A stretch of DNA of 64,000 nucleotides from Prevotella sp. (GTDB lineage: Bacteria > Bacteroidota > Bacteroidia > Bacteroidales > Dysgonomonadaceae): positions 96,001-160,000 of the forward strand of contig JAITVV010000056.1 in NCBI GenBank assembly GCA_031285625.1, in the 5' to 3' direction. The notes under the pieces were generated by a model, which worked only from the letters and a program-made list of their open reading frames with translations, was not told the origin of the DNA and searched no databases. Below are positions 28,172 through 38,007 of the stretch, piece by piece; the first letter of the stretch is position 1; each line of letters begins with the position of its first letter. The position numbers were made by a program, and so were the translations under genes.

Positions 28172-29650
28172 ATGACAGAACAAGAATATATACAGGCACG
28201 CCGCAGCGAACCATGGAGAGAAGAACTCCGCAAAAATCTGAAAGCCAAAGAACGAGGAGAAAGAGCACGTGTACATATGCCCGAACTGGATGCAGAATAT
28301 AGAAGTCACTCCCTCAAGGAAGAAGTAAATCTGGGATTAACAGCAGAGCAGGCCGTATTTGAGGCTGCACGCTGTCTCGATTGTGCAAATCCTACATGTA
28401 TGCAAGGTTGCCCGGTAGGGATACAAATCCCGTCTTTCATCAAAAATATAGAAAGAGGTGAATTTCTCGAAGCAGCCAAAGTACTGAAAGAAACAAGTGC
28501 TCTACCTGCTGTCTGTGGCCGTGTATGTCCACAAGAAAAACAATGCGAAGCGCAGTGCATTTACATACAAAAAATGAAAAAAGAGCCGGTAGCAATCGGT
28601 TATCTTGAGAGATTTGCAGCAGACTACGAACGCGAAAGCGGACAAGTAGCCGTACCTGAACTAGCCCCGGCCAATGGTGTTAAAATAGCTGTTGTAGGGT
28701 CTGGCCCTGCAGGTCTGGCTTTTGCAGGAGATATGGCTAAATTTGGTTATGATGTGACCGTATTCGAAGCACTTCATGAAATTGGCGGTGTACTTAAATA
28801 CGGTATTCCCGAATTTCGCCTGCCTAACAAAATTGTAGATGTAGAGATAAATGTACTTCGCGATATGGGCGTAAAATTCATCAACAATTGCATCGTTGGT
28901 AAAACGATCACCCGTGAAGAACTACTGGAAGAAGGTTTCAAAGGTATTTTTGCTGCCAGTGGCGCCGGACTTCCTAATTTTATGAATATACCGGGAGAGA
29001 ACCTTATAGGGGTGATGTCTTGCAACGAATTCCTTACCCGTGTAAATCTGATGGATGCTTCAAATCCCGAAAGTGATACTCCTGTACAAATGGGCAAGAA
29101 AGTAGCCGTTATCGGAGCGGGAAATACAGCAATGGATGCTGTGCGTACAGCTAAACGCCTGGGTGCCGAGAAAGCCTACATTGTTTACCGCCGCTCGGAA
29201 GAAGAGATGCCTGCCCGTATAGAAGAGGTAAAACATGCTAAAGAAGAAGGGATAATATTCCACACACTACATAATCCTCTTAAATATGAAGGAGACGAAA
29301 ACGGACGCGTTCAGCGTATGCTTCTCCAAAAAATGGAATTGGGAGAACCGGATGCTTCAGGACGTCGCAAACCTGTTGCTATAGAAGGAGCCACCGAGTG
29401 GTTTGATGTAGATCAGGTGATCGTTAGTGTGGGAGTTTCTCCAAATCCGCTGATCCCATCAACATTCAAAGGTCTACAAGTTTCCAAATGGGGTACGATC
29501 ATTGTAAACCAAGATACTATGCAGTCTGATCTGCCTGAAGTATACGCAGGAGGTGATATAGTTCGTGGAGGAGCAACAGTAATCCTTGCTATGGGTGACG
29601 GACGCAAAGCTGCGGCTGCGATGGATAAAGCATTGAAGGAAAGTAAATAA
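28172..29650 (+). CDS. nfnB: NfnB / GltD-like NADPH-dependent flavoprotein
   Basis: RCLDC..P.C..GCP, CGRVCPQEKQCE, GSGPAG, GAGNTAMD, GGD..RG.ATVILAMGDG. Confidence 0.9.
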   Translation: MTEQEYIQARRSEPWREELRKNLKAKERGERARVHMPELDAEYRSHSLKEEVNLGLTAEQAVFEAARCLDCANPTCMQGCPVGIQIPSFIKNIERGEFLEAAKVLKETSALPAVCGRVCPQEKQCEAQCIYIQKMKKEPVAIGYLERFAADYERESGQVAVPELAPANGVKIAVVGSGPAGLAFAGDMAKFGYDVTVFEALHEIGGVLKYGIPEFRLPNKIVDVEINVLRDMGVKFINNCIVGKTITREELLEEGFKGIFAASGAGLPNFMNIPGENLIGVMSCNEFLTRVNLMDASNPESDTPVQMGKKVAVIGAGNTAMDAVRTAKRLGAEKAYIVYRRSEEEMPARIEEVKHAKEEGIIFHTLHNPLKYEGDENGRVQRMLLQKMELGEPDASGRRKPVAIEGATEWFDVDQVIVSVGVSPNPLIPSTFKGLQVSKWGTIIVNQDTMQSDLPEVYAGGDIVRGGATVILAMGDGRKAAAAMDKALKESK

Positions 29651-29673
29651 TTTATTTTCATTACATAAGAAAT

Positions 29674-29702
29674 AAGGAGGTAGTATGCTACTTCCTTTTT
29701 TC
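29674..29702 (+). terminator. Intrinsic terminator
   Basis: AAGGAGGTAG-tatg-CTACTTCCTT plus T run. Confidence 0.75.
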
Positions 29703-29773
29703 GTTTATCACGATTACTAAAATCGAAAAAAGTGTAATTTTACAAATAAGATTCAATAATACAATCTATTGCT

Positions 29774-30334
29774 ATGACTGAATATTTGTTATTTACTTCA
29801 CGGAATGAATTTAGAAACTGGCTATACACTAATTGCCTTTCTAGTGCTGGTGTTTGGCTATTATTTGGCAAATCAGACGGACCAAAAATATTAAAAGCCA
29901 GTGAAGCACTTGAAGAAGCCCTTTGTTTTGGTTGGATTGACGGGCAAATGCAAAGTTTAGATGACAAAACTTATATAAAATATTTCTCGTTACGCAGAAA
30001 AAACAGCAAGTGGTCAGAGAAAAATAAAACATTAGCTGAGGCGCTCGAGAAACAAGGCATCATGACCGACTATGGCAGAGAGAAAATAAACGAAGCAAAG
30101 GAAAACGGACAATGGAATGCACCAAAGTCGCCAACAATTACAGATGAGCAAATAATAATCTTATCCGGTCTGCTAAAAGAATACGAACCAGCCTATACTA
30201 ATTTCCAAGCAATGTCTCCCTCTGTAAGAAAGACGTATACACAGGCATATCTCGATGCCAAAACAGATGAAGGCCGCAATAAACGCCTGACATGGATAAT
30301 TGAACGGTTAAATAAAAATCTTAAGCCGATGTAG
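29774..30334 (+). CDS. YdeI/OmpD-associated family protein
   Basis: EALEEALCFGWIDG, S.WS..NK, AKTDEGR.KR. Confidence 0.9.
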   Translation: MTEYLLFTSRNEFRNWLYTNCLSSAGVWLLFGKSDGPKILKASEALEEALCFGWIDGQMQSLDDKTYIKYFSLRRKNSKWSEKNKTLAEALEKQGIMTDYGREKINEAKENGQWNAPKSPTITDEQIIILSGLLKEYEPAYTNFQAMSPSVRKTYTQAYLDAKTDEGRNKRLTWIIERLNKNLKPM

Positions 30335-30456
30335 ATAACTAATTGTTTATCATCAATTTTACCCTGTTAACTATTTACATAAAATCATCATTAATTTTAA
30401 AGAAATAATGTATATTTGCCTTATAAGAATTTCACAATCTATACCAAAAGACAAAT

Positions 30457-31011
30457 ATGGAACTTGAAAACGTAAAAGAAAGAAGCAAAGTAGTTCTCAT
30501 GTTGGCACATCCCAACTTCGACGAATCCGAAGCGAATAAAGAATTGCTCGATGCTGTTTATAATCCCGCAGACGTGCTTTTATTCAACCTATATGGCGAA
30601 AAGGAGTATACAGTAACAGAATAGGCTAACATTATGTCAAAAGCTTCATTCGTTATATTCCAGTTCCCCTTTTACTGGATGTCGGCCCCTTCAAAACTTA
30701 AAGAATGGCAGGATACAGTACTGAATACATTGGCAAAAACACCCGCTATTTCGGGGAAACCATGTATGGTAGTGACTACAACCGGCTGGAGCCAGGAATC
30801 ATACAGAGGCGGAGGAAAGATAGGTTTTACTGTGGATGAACTGCTACGTCCATATCAGGCAGGATTTACATATGCAGGTATGATTTGGAAAACACCATTG
30901 GTAGTATACGGAATAGGAACGATTAATTCGGCAAAAAACATTTCGATAGGTGTGGAGCAATACAAGAATATTGTAAATCAATATATACAAACTTCTCAGG
31001 AAATATGGTAA
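30457..31011 (+). pseudogene. NAD(P)H dehydrogenase (flavodoxin-2, KefF/KefG-like) interrupted by in-frame TAG
   Basis: ATG 30457 gives MELENVKERSKVVLMLAHPNFDESEANKELL...; TAG at 30622-30624; same frame continues FQFPFYWMSAPSKLKEWQD. Confidence 0.85.
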
Positions 31012-31037
31012 CCATGGATTATGGCCAATAATAACAG

Positions 31038-31068
31038 GTAGTTTGCGAAATTCGCAAACTACTTTTTT
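31038..31068 (+). terminator. Intrinsic terminator
   Basis: GTAGTTTGCGAA/TTCGCAAACTAC palindrome plus T run. Confidence 0.8.
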
Positions 31069-31576
31069 ATATATAAGAGTCGATTTTGCCTTAATTATGT
31101 ACAAGTATAATCGTTCGTTCATTTTTGCAACTATCCTCTCTGCCGGAATACTTCACATCGTTCATACAATTCCATGCTCTTCAGTCTTTGGCCGTATAAA
31201 TTTCGACTAAATTGCTATGTATAAATAGCAAAACAACAAGGCTAAAAAATCAAAAAGACTGCTCACTTTCCATGCTTGTGTGCAAAACAAAAACGAGATG
31301 AAGGAAAAGCCGAATAATTACAAATTTTTAATGACAAATTGACAATTTTAATAACAGTTTTGTTTATTTATTCAGATATAAAAAGCTAAATTTGTGAGAC
31401 TATCAAAAGATTGATATACAATAAATGAATGTTTTCGTTAAGCAATAAGAGCAGACTCAAATTCACTTGAATTCTGCCTTTGTGAGAAAACGACTAATGA
31501 AGTTAAATTAATAAATTTAGAGCATACATAGTACTTGTTTTATGTTGCTCTTATCAGTATAATACATAGAAAAGTT

Positions 31577-33358
31577 ATGGGAAGAGAAATTAAATTCAGC
31601 CTCGTTTATCGTGACATGTGGCAGTCTTCGGGAAAATACCAGCCACGTGTTGACCAATTGACACAAGTAGCACCTGTAATTATTGATATGGGTTGTTTTG
31701 CCCGTGTTGAGACCAATGGTGGTGCTTTTGAACAAGTTAACTTACTTTATGGCGAAAATCCGAACAAAGCAGTTCGTGAATGGACAGCACCTTTCAACAA
31801 GGTAGGTATCCAAACACATATGCTGGAACGTGGATTGAATGCATTACGTATGTATCCGGTTCCAAAAGACGTGCGTCAATTAATGTTTAAAGTAAAACAT
31901 GCGCAGGGAACAAATATTTCGCGCTCTTTCGACGGATTGAATGACCCCCGTAACTTAGAATTATCTGTTAAGTATGCTAAAGAGGCAGGCATGATTTCAC
32001 AAGCCGCTCTTTGTATCACTTCTTCTCCAATCCATACAGTAGACTATTATGTGAAATTTGCGGACAAGTTGGTTGAATTTGGGGCAGACGAGTTATGTTT
32101 AAAAGATATGGCAGGTGTAGGCCGTCCGGCTTTCCTTGGTAAGCTCGTAAAAGCTTTGAAAGACCGCCATCCTAATATACCTATTCAATATCACGGACAC
32201 ACAGGCCCTGGTTTTTCTGTAGCTTCCATGCTTGAAGTAGCGCGCGCTGGTGCCGACTACGTAGACACAGCTATCGAGCCGTTGGCATGGGGTATGGTAC
32301 ATCCTGATGTTATCACGATACAGGCAATGTTGAAAGACGCAGGATTCTCTGTTCCGGATATTAACATGAGTGCTTATATGGAAGCACGTGCATTAACCCA
32401 GTCATTCATCGATGATTTCTTAGGATACTGGATCGACCCTTCAAATAAAGTGATGAACTCATTGCTTGTTGGCTGTGGTCTTCCTGGTGGTATGATGGGA
32501 TCAATGATGGCAGACCTTAGAGGAATGCATTCTGCTATCAATATGGCTCTTCGCAACAATGGTAAAGCTGAGGTTACACTAAACGACCTTGTTGTTCAGT
32601 TATTCGAAGAAGTAGAATACATCTGGCCTAAACTTGGTTATCCACCACTGGTAACGCCATTCAGCCAATATGTCAAGAATATTGCATTGATGAATATATT
32701 TGCATTGGCACAAGGACAACCTCGCTTCTCCAACATCGACAAAGACAGTTGGAATATGATACTGGGTAAGACAGGTACTCTTCCGGGTAAACTGGATGAT
32801 GAAATCGTTGAATTGGCAAAATCTAAAGGCCTTGAATTCTATACAGGTAATCCTCAGGATGAATATCCTGATGCATTGGATGAATACCGCAAGGAAATGG
32901 ATGCCAATGGCTGGGATTATGGTCAGGATGATGAAGAATTATTCGAGCTTGCTATGCATGACCGTCAATACCGCGATTACAAATCAGGCCTGGCTAAAGA
33001 ACGTTTCAACGTTGATCTTGAAAAAGAGAAAGAAAAAGCAGGTGCACCTATCATTGTAACACGTCAGGTGATTGAAGTTCCTGCATTCGATGCAGAAGCT
33101 ATACAAGCCAAATATCCTGAAGCAAAACCTGTACAAGCTACTGTTAGCGGACAGGTTATCTGGCAGGTAGATGTGGATGATGTATCTACTGCTCCTGTAA
33201 TTGGCACTCCTGTGAAAGAAGGTGACACAGTTTGTTTCGTTCAAACATATTATGGCATCGAAGAAGTAAAAGCATTAGCTTCCGGAAAAATTCTGCAGAT
33301 AGAAACAAAACAAGGAGCTAAAGTACAGAAGAACCAGGTATTAGCTTATGTAGGCTAA
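31577..33358 (+). CDS. Oxaloacetate decarboxylase alpha / pyruvate carboxylase subunit B-like carboxyltransferase
   Basis: RDMWQS, LKDMAG, HGHTG, PGGM, GYPPLVTPFSQ; biotinyl-like C-domain; likely start MGREIKF. Confidence 0.9.
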   Translation: MGREIKFSLVYRDMWQSSGKYQPRVDQLTQVAPVIIDMGCFARVETNGGAFEQVNLLYGENPNKAVREWTAPFNKVGIQTHMLERGLNALRMYPVPKDVRQLMFKVKHAQGTNISRSFDGLNDPRNLELSVKYAKEAGMISQAALCITSSPIHTVDYYVKFADKLVEFGADELCLKDMAGVGRPAFLGKLVKALKDRHPNIPIQYHGHTGPGFSVASMLEVARAGADYVDTAIEPLAWGMVHPDVITIQAMLKDAGFSVPDINMSAYMEARALTQSFIDDFLGYWIDPSNKVMNSLLVGCGLPGGMMGSMMADLRGMHSAINMALRNNGKAEVTLNDLVVQLFEEVEYIWPKLGYPPLVTPFSQYVKNIALMNIFALAQGQPRFSNIDKDSWNMILGKTGTLPGKLDDEIVELAKSKGLEFYTGNPQDEYPDALDEYRKEMDANGWDYGQDDEELFELAMHDRQYRDYKSGLAKERFNVDLEKEKEKAGAPIIVTRQVIEVPAFDAEAIQAKYPEAKPVQATVSGQVIWQVDVDDVSTAPVIGTPVKEGDTVCFVQTYYGIEEVKALASGKILQIETKQGAKVQKNQVLAYVG

Positions 33359-33372
33359 GAACTTACCTAAAT

Positions 33373-33415
33373 AAAAAGAACGGAGATGCCTCAAAAGGTA
33401 TCTCCGTTCTCTTTT
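33373..33415. terminator. Bidirectional terminator
   Basis: AGAACGGAGATGCCT...AGGTATCTCCGTTCT between convergent genes. Confidence 0.88.
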
Positions 33416-33425
33416 AAACTCTTTT

Positions 33426-36413
33426 CTATTTATTACTAAAACTGATTTGTCCTATATCAATAATCTCTTTGTTCTCAGTCAAACGAAGTGTTATTGTTTC
33501 TTTTTTCTCCTTGTTGTCAGAGAATCGGGTATAAATATCAAGATAAATCGTTGTAGGCCCTATCAATGTTTGCTCCGTTGATCCATAATAATTTGCCTGA
33601 ATCTTATACATACCATTTACAGCTTGCTTTATAAGGAACTCTTCGGGACCATAACCACCGGTAAAATCTCTCGATATGGCTCCTCCTATATGCGTAAGGG
33701 TATTATCGTAAGCACATTTTTCGCCATAAGGATCAGTCACCCATAAGTCCATATCACTATTGTCAGTATCCCAGTTCAGAACAATACGAATATCAACAGG
33801 CATATTATAAATCAATCGTTTATCAATATTATCCAATGACAAATTAACTCTCTCACGTGCAGCCTGAGCAATTACCTTATTCATTTCCTCTACGGCTATT
33901 ACTTCTATCTCAGGAAAACGTCTATCCCAAGAGCGGCTTATTATTTCGTATAATAGCTCTATAGCATGCTGATATTGTTTATCCTGCTCTTTAGCTAAAG
34001 CCAGATCACGATACGACTGAGGTTCTTCGGGGCGTAACTGCATAACAACCTCAAACTGACTAATTGCATATTCAGTATATCCTAACTGTTGCAGACGGTG
34101 TGCTAATACACGCTGTAAGCGATAGTTTTCAACCTCCAGTTCGGCAAGATTGGATAGTATAACAAGAGCTTCCTGTTTCATTCCCCTGTCTTCGAATAGC
34201 GTTGCCACATCCAGATAGAAAGATGGAGAGTCTTTATAATCATCCCTGATATCAAGATAAGCTGAATATAACTGACTATTAGTCTTTTCTTTGAGGATTC
34301 TGAGATATGGCGTATTAGGATTCCATCCTTTCAGTTGTATCTTAGAAACTGATTGTCTTCTCGACACACCCAATTCTTCCTTTACCTTATTCTGATCCTC
34401 CGATTTTACATCTTCCATCACCATTAATGCTTCTTCTTGTACTTCCTCATCCTTTGCTATCACCGGAGCAATAAACATATATGCTTCTTCACGCGGTGGA
34501 GCCTGATCTGCCATTACTCTATGCTCGCGTATTTCAACTATATCATCAGTAGATTCATCTACAGAAATAATGTCATATACATTATTTTTTCTTTTTGCAA
34601 TCTTGTTTTTAGGGAATTTACGATTCCACCATTCCTTCCGTCTATCAAACATTGATATGACATTATCAATTTGAGATTTTCTCCTGTCAAATTTAGTCCG
34701 ATGTATATTATCTAATTGCCTGTTATATTCTTCCAATAAATCTGCCGGTGGTACAATTTCGTTTTGTACATAATCTTCTATCCTATCCAAAACGATCAAT
34801 GATGTATTCCTGGTTACAATATTGTATTTACGACCCAGTTCTCCTATCTCCTTTTTATTTTTATCATAGAGCAAATCCAGTTCGTCTATCTTTTTCTCGG
34901 CCCAGATACGTTCTGTAATATTATCATAGTCAATCAGACTATTTCTATCAATTATTACCTTCTTCGAGGATAAAACTTCATTACCAATACCAAAATGAAG
35001 CGTCACAATAGCTTTATCTGAGTTCAACTTACCAGCAACAGAAAAGACTGAAGTAGGCTTTATAAAAACCGATGAAGTGGTAAACTCTTTTATTTCCGAC
35101 TGATTATAGTCTGCCGAGATAAAACGATAGCTATCTTGCAACAGTAACTTTGATGCCTCATCTGCTGATTGCTGCATAAGGTTGATATACTTACCACCTG
35201 TTACGGATGCCAGATATTGCAACATACTGTAATCTGCTTTCAATGAAGAGCTAATCGTAATTACAGGTATTTTTCCCACAACAGGAATATTTTTTCCAAA
35301 ATTGCTCAATCCATCAGACAATAATAATATTTCGTCAGCCTTTACTTTAGAAAAATCAAGACCTCCTAATTGCGTAGCACCATCATAAGTTATCGATTTC
35401 AAAAACTTCTTCAATTCCGCCCAGTTTCCATTCCTTATCGCAAAAGTTTTTACAGGCATCGATATACAATTGAAAGTATGCAAATCGATATTTACATTTC
35501 TGATTTTTATAAAATAATTTTCTAACAAAGCTATTTCCGCATCTAACTTCCGATCCTGCATCGACATGGATGCATCCCAAAACAAAGCAATAGCAGATGG
35601 TAACTGTTTAGCACGGTTAGTAATAGCCGGATCAACTTGTGCATAGAAAACCGTTTCACCACTAATTCTTCCCTTTTCTACAAATACCTGGTTATTATTC
35701 TTATCCGGAACAGAAAAAACCAACTGTCCCTTTGCCGGATAGTCTTCTGCTTTATATGATGCAATATAAGCTTCCCCCGATTTATCAAAAGAAAATTTAC
35801 CCCAAGGAGTCTCATCTACATTAGGTGCTATATCATTACCAAATACACATAGATTCAATTCAAACGTTTTGAGCGTATCTCTATAATCGACAGGAAGGAA
35901 AGCCTTGTAATTACTGTTTTCCTTAGTCAGTTCCTGCTCATATGCAATTACAATACGGCGTGTACCCTTTGCCGGAAGAGGATAAATACGTGCCTTGAAG
36001 TTATTGCCCTGAGTTTTTTCCAATAATCCCGGATCAATTTTCTGACGGATAACAGATTCAAAGACTTGCTGCCCCTTAGCTTTTTCAACAACTACACCTT
36101 CACGTAAGCTTCCATTTATATCCAATGCAAAACGTGATATATTCTGTCCTTCACCCAAAGGAAATTGCAGTTCACCTTCAAGAACACGGTTATTCGGATT
36201 ATAGAATACCATATCTACTGTGGTTACTGCTATCGCACCTACCACCTTCATATCTATTTTTACATCCGAAACTTTAATTGGCGACTCACCTTTCCTAAGG
36301 TTATTTACCTGAATGGATGGAGGTACTATTATTGCCCGTTGTTGGGTAGCTTGCTGTGCCGAACATGCGTGCACTAAAAATATAGCAAACAAAAAGCCTA
36401 AAATCTTTTTCAT
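33426..36413 (-). CDS. VIT + vWA-like + TPR + DUF2135 protein
   Basis: NPNNRVLEGEL.FPL (VIT), WDASMS and LLSDG (vWA-like), RPEEPQSYRDLA, D.DLWVTDP.GE and GYGPEEF (DUF2135). Confidence 0.88.
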   Translation of the reverse strand: MKKILGFLFAIFLVHACSAQQATQQRAIIVPPSIQVNNLRKGESPIKVSDVKIDMKVVGAIAVTTVDMVFYNPNNRVLEGELQFPLGEGQNISRFALDINGSLREGVVVEKAKGQQVFESVIRQKIDPGLLEKTQGNNFKARIYPLPAKGTRRIVIAYEQELTKENSNYKAFLPVDYRDTLKTFELNLCVFGNDIAPNVDETPWGKFSFDKSGEAYIASYKAEDYPAKGQLVFSVPDKNNNQVFVEKGRISGETVFYAQVDPAITNRAKQLPSAIALFWDASMSMQDRKLDAEIALLENYFIKIRNVNIDLHTFNCISMPVKTFAIRNGNWAELKKFLKSITYDGATQLGGLDFSKVKADEILLLSDGLSNFGKNIPVVGKIPVITISSSLKADYSMLQYLASVTGGKYINLMQQSADEASKLLLQDSYRFISADYNQSEIKEFTTSSVFIKPTSVFSVAGKLNSDKAIVTLHFGIGNEVLSSKKVIIDRNSLIDYDNITERIWAEKKIDELDLLYDKNKKEIGELGRKYNIVTRNTSLIVLDRIEDYVQNEIVPPADLLEEYNRQLDNIHRTKFDRRKSQIDNVISMFDRRKEWWNRKFPKNKIAKRKNNVYDIISVDESTDDIVEIREHRVMADQAPPREEAYMFIAPVIAKDEEVQEEALMVMEDVKSEDQNKVKEELGVSRRQSVSKIQLKGWNPNTPYLRILKEKTNSQLYSAYLDIRDDYKDSPSFYLDVATLFEDRGMKQEALVILSNLAELEVENYRLQRVLAHRLQQLGYTEYAISQFEVVMQLRPEEPQSYRDLALAKEQDKQYQHAIELLYEIISRSWDRRFPEIEVIAVEEMNKVIAQAARERVNLSLDNIDKRLIYNMPVDIRIVLNWDTDNSDMDLWVTDPYGEKCAYDNTLTHIGGAISRDFTGGYGPEEFLIKQAVNGMYKIQANYYGSTEQTLIGPTTIYLDIYTRFSDNKEKKETITLRLTENKEIIDIGQISFSNK

Positions 36414-36672
36414 AATATTACAGTTAAATTGTTAGTTGTTATGCTATATAGATTAACACGAGGGAGAAATTCCATAAATAGAGTGAGCCAAAATCTTCAA
36501 ATCATTCATATTTGTAAGATTAATATTTTCATTCAGTCATAGTTATTTTCGATATCATATTAACAATTATCAATAATTTTGTAATATTGCAGATCATAAT
36601 TACAAGAACATAACTATATTGCGTTCTTACTTGTTAAAAGTGAAAACTAACATCAAAAAAAATATCATCATT

Positions 36673-37179
36673 ATGTTAAGTAAGAAATTAGAAGCTGCAT
36701 TAAATGCACAAATCAATGCTGAATTTTGGTCAGCATATCTTTATTTGTCTATGGCTGCTCATTTTGCAGCAGACGGAAAACCAGGTTTTGCAAATTGGTT
36801 TGAAATCCAGTTTAAAGAAGAACAAGACCATGCTATGAAGTTCTTACATTATGTAACTGAAAGAGGCGGTAAAGTCGAACTAAAACCGATAGCTAAAGTT
36901 GCATTGTCATGGAAATCACCTCTTCACGCATTTGAAGAAACATTGAAACATGAAATCGTTGTTACAGGCCTGATCAATGATCTGGTTGCTTTGGCTAAAG
37001 AAGAAAAGGATTACGCTACAGAAAGCATGCTGAAATGGTTTGTAGATGAACAAGTAGAAGAAGAAGCTACTGCACAAAGTTATATCGATGCTCTGAAAAT
37101 GATCAAAGACAATGGTTTCGGTATCTATACAATTGACAAAGAATTGCAAGGTCGTACATATACTCCACTTGCTGACTAA
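36673..37179 (+). CDS. ftnA: Non-heme ferritin
   Basis: QINAEFWSAYLY, EEQDHAMK, WFVDEQVEEE; start at MLSKK. Confidence 0.95.
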   Translation: MLSKKLEAALNAQINAEFWSAYLYLSMAAHFAADGKPGFANWFEIQFKEEQDHAMKFLHYVTERGGKVELKPIAKVALSWKSPLHAFEETLKHEIVVTGLINDLVALAKEEKDYATESMLKWFVDEQVEEEATAQSYIDALKMIKDNGFGIYTIDKELQGRTYTPLAD

Positions 37180-37199
37180 GGAGATAAAAAAAGTTTATA

Positions 37200-37237
37200 A
37201 TAAATCTCTCCCAATAATAGGGAGAGATTTATTTTAT
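37200..37237 (+). terminator. Intrinsic terminator
   Basis: ATAAATCTCTCCC...GGGAGAGATTTAT plus T-rich tail. Confidence 0.8.
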
Positions 37238-37314
37238 TATATACTTTGTCTTCATAGAATGAGCTATTTATTACTTTTGTATAAATACTCTCTTTTACTT
37301 AATAAACGATCATC

Positions 37315-38007
37315 TTGATAAAATTAGAACATATCTCAAAACAGTACGGAGAACAAGTTGCCCTCTCAGACGTGAGTTTTTCTATGCAAAAAGGCGAAAT
37401 TGTAGGATTACTGGGTGTAAACGGAGCGGGTAAGTCCACTCTAATGAAAATTTTATCCGGTATTATATCACCAGACAATGGGCAAATTACCTTTTGGGAT
37501 AAAGATTTCTTTTCCGATACTTTAAATATAAAAAGACACACAGGCTATTTGTCTGAAGATAATCCTCTATACGAAGATATGTATGTAAAAGAATATCTAA
37601 AATATGTAACAGGTATCTATAAAGTAAGTAAAGAGAACATTTCAAGAGTGATTGAGCAAACCAGTTTACAGAACGAATATAAGAAAAAGATAAGAAACCT
37701 GTCGAAAGGTAACAGGCAACGGGTTGGTATTGCACAGGCCCTTATCAATGACCCCCTCTTTCTTATTCTCGACGAAGCGACTTCAGGCTTGGATCCAAAT
37801 CAACGGGAGAGTCTGAACAATCTTTTTATAGAAATATCTAAAAATAAAATAATACTTTTTTCGACCCATATATTACAAGAGGTAAAAGAGATATGTTCCC
37901 GTTTTATACTTTTGGATAAAGGAAAACTCGTATCCAATAGTATAATATCTGAAATAGAATCTGTAGAAACCGTTTTTCATACACTAACGAATGAATATAA
38001 TAGCTGA
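37315..38007 (+). CDS. ABC transporter ATP-binding protein (GldA-like)
   Basis: GVNGAGKST, LSKG.RQRVG.AQAL, LILDE..GLDPNQ, STH; TTG start. Confidence 0.88.
   Translation: MIKLEHISKQYGEQVALSDVSFSMQKGEIVGLLGVNGAGKSTLMKILSGIISPDNGQITFWDKDFFSDTLNIKRHTGYLSEDNPLYEDMYVKEYLKYVTGIYKVSKENISRVIEQTSLQNEYKKKIRNLSKGNRQRVGIAQALINDPLFLILDEATSGLDPNQRESLNNLFIEISKNKIILFSTHILQEVKEICSRFILLDKGKLVSNSIISEIESVETVFHTLTNEYNS

Noticed and set aside
30622-30624. Genome-wide TAG recoding or pyrrolysine
   Set aside because: TAG ends intact genes here (ybeY, ydeI-like, susC) and no pyl genes are in the window
31100-31320. Possible sRNA or gene remnant in a long intergenic region
   Set aside because: No convincing stem, motif or ORF
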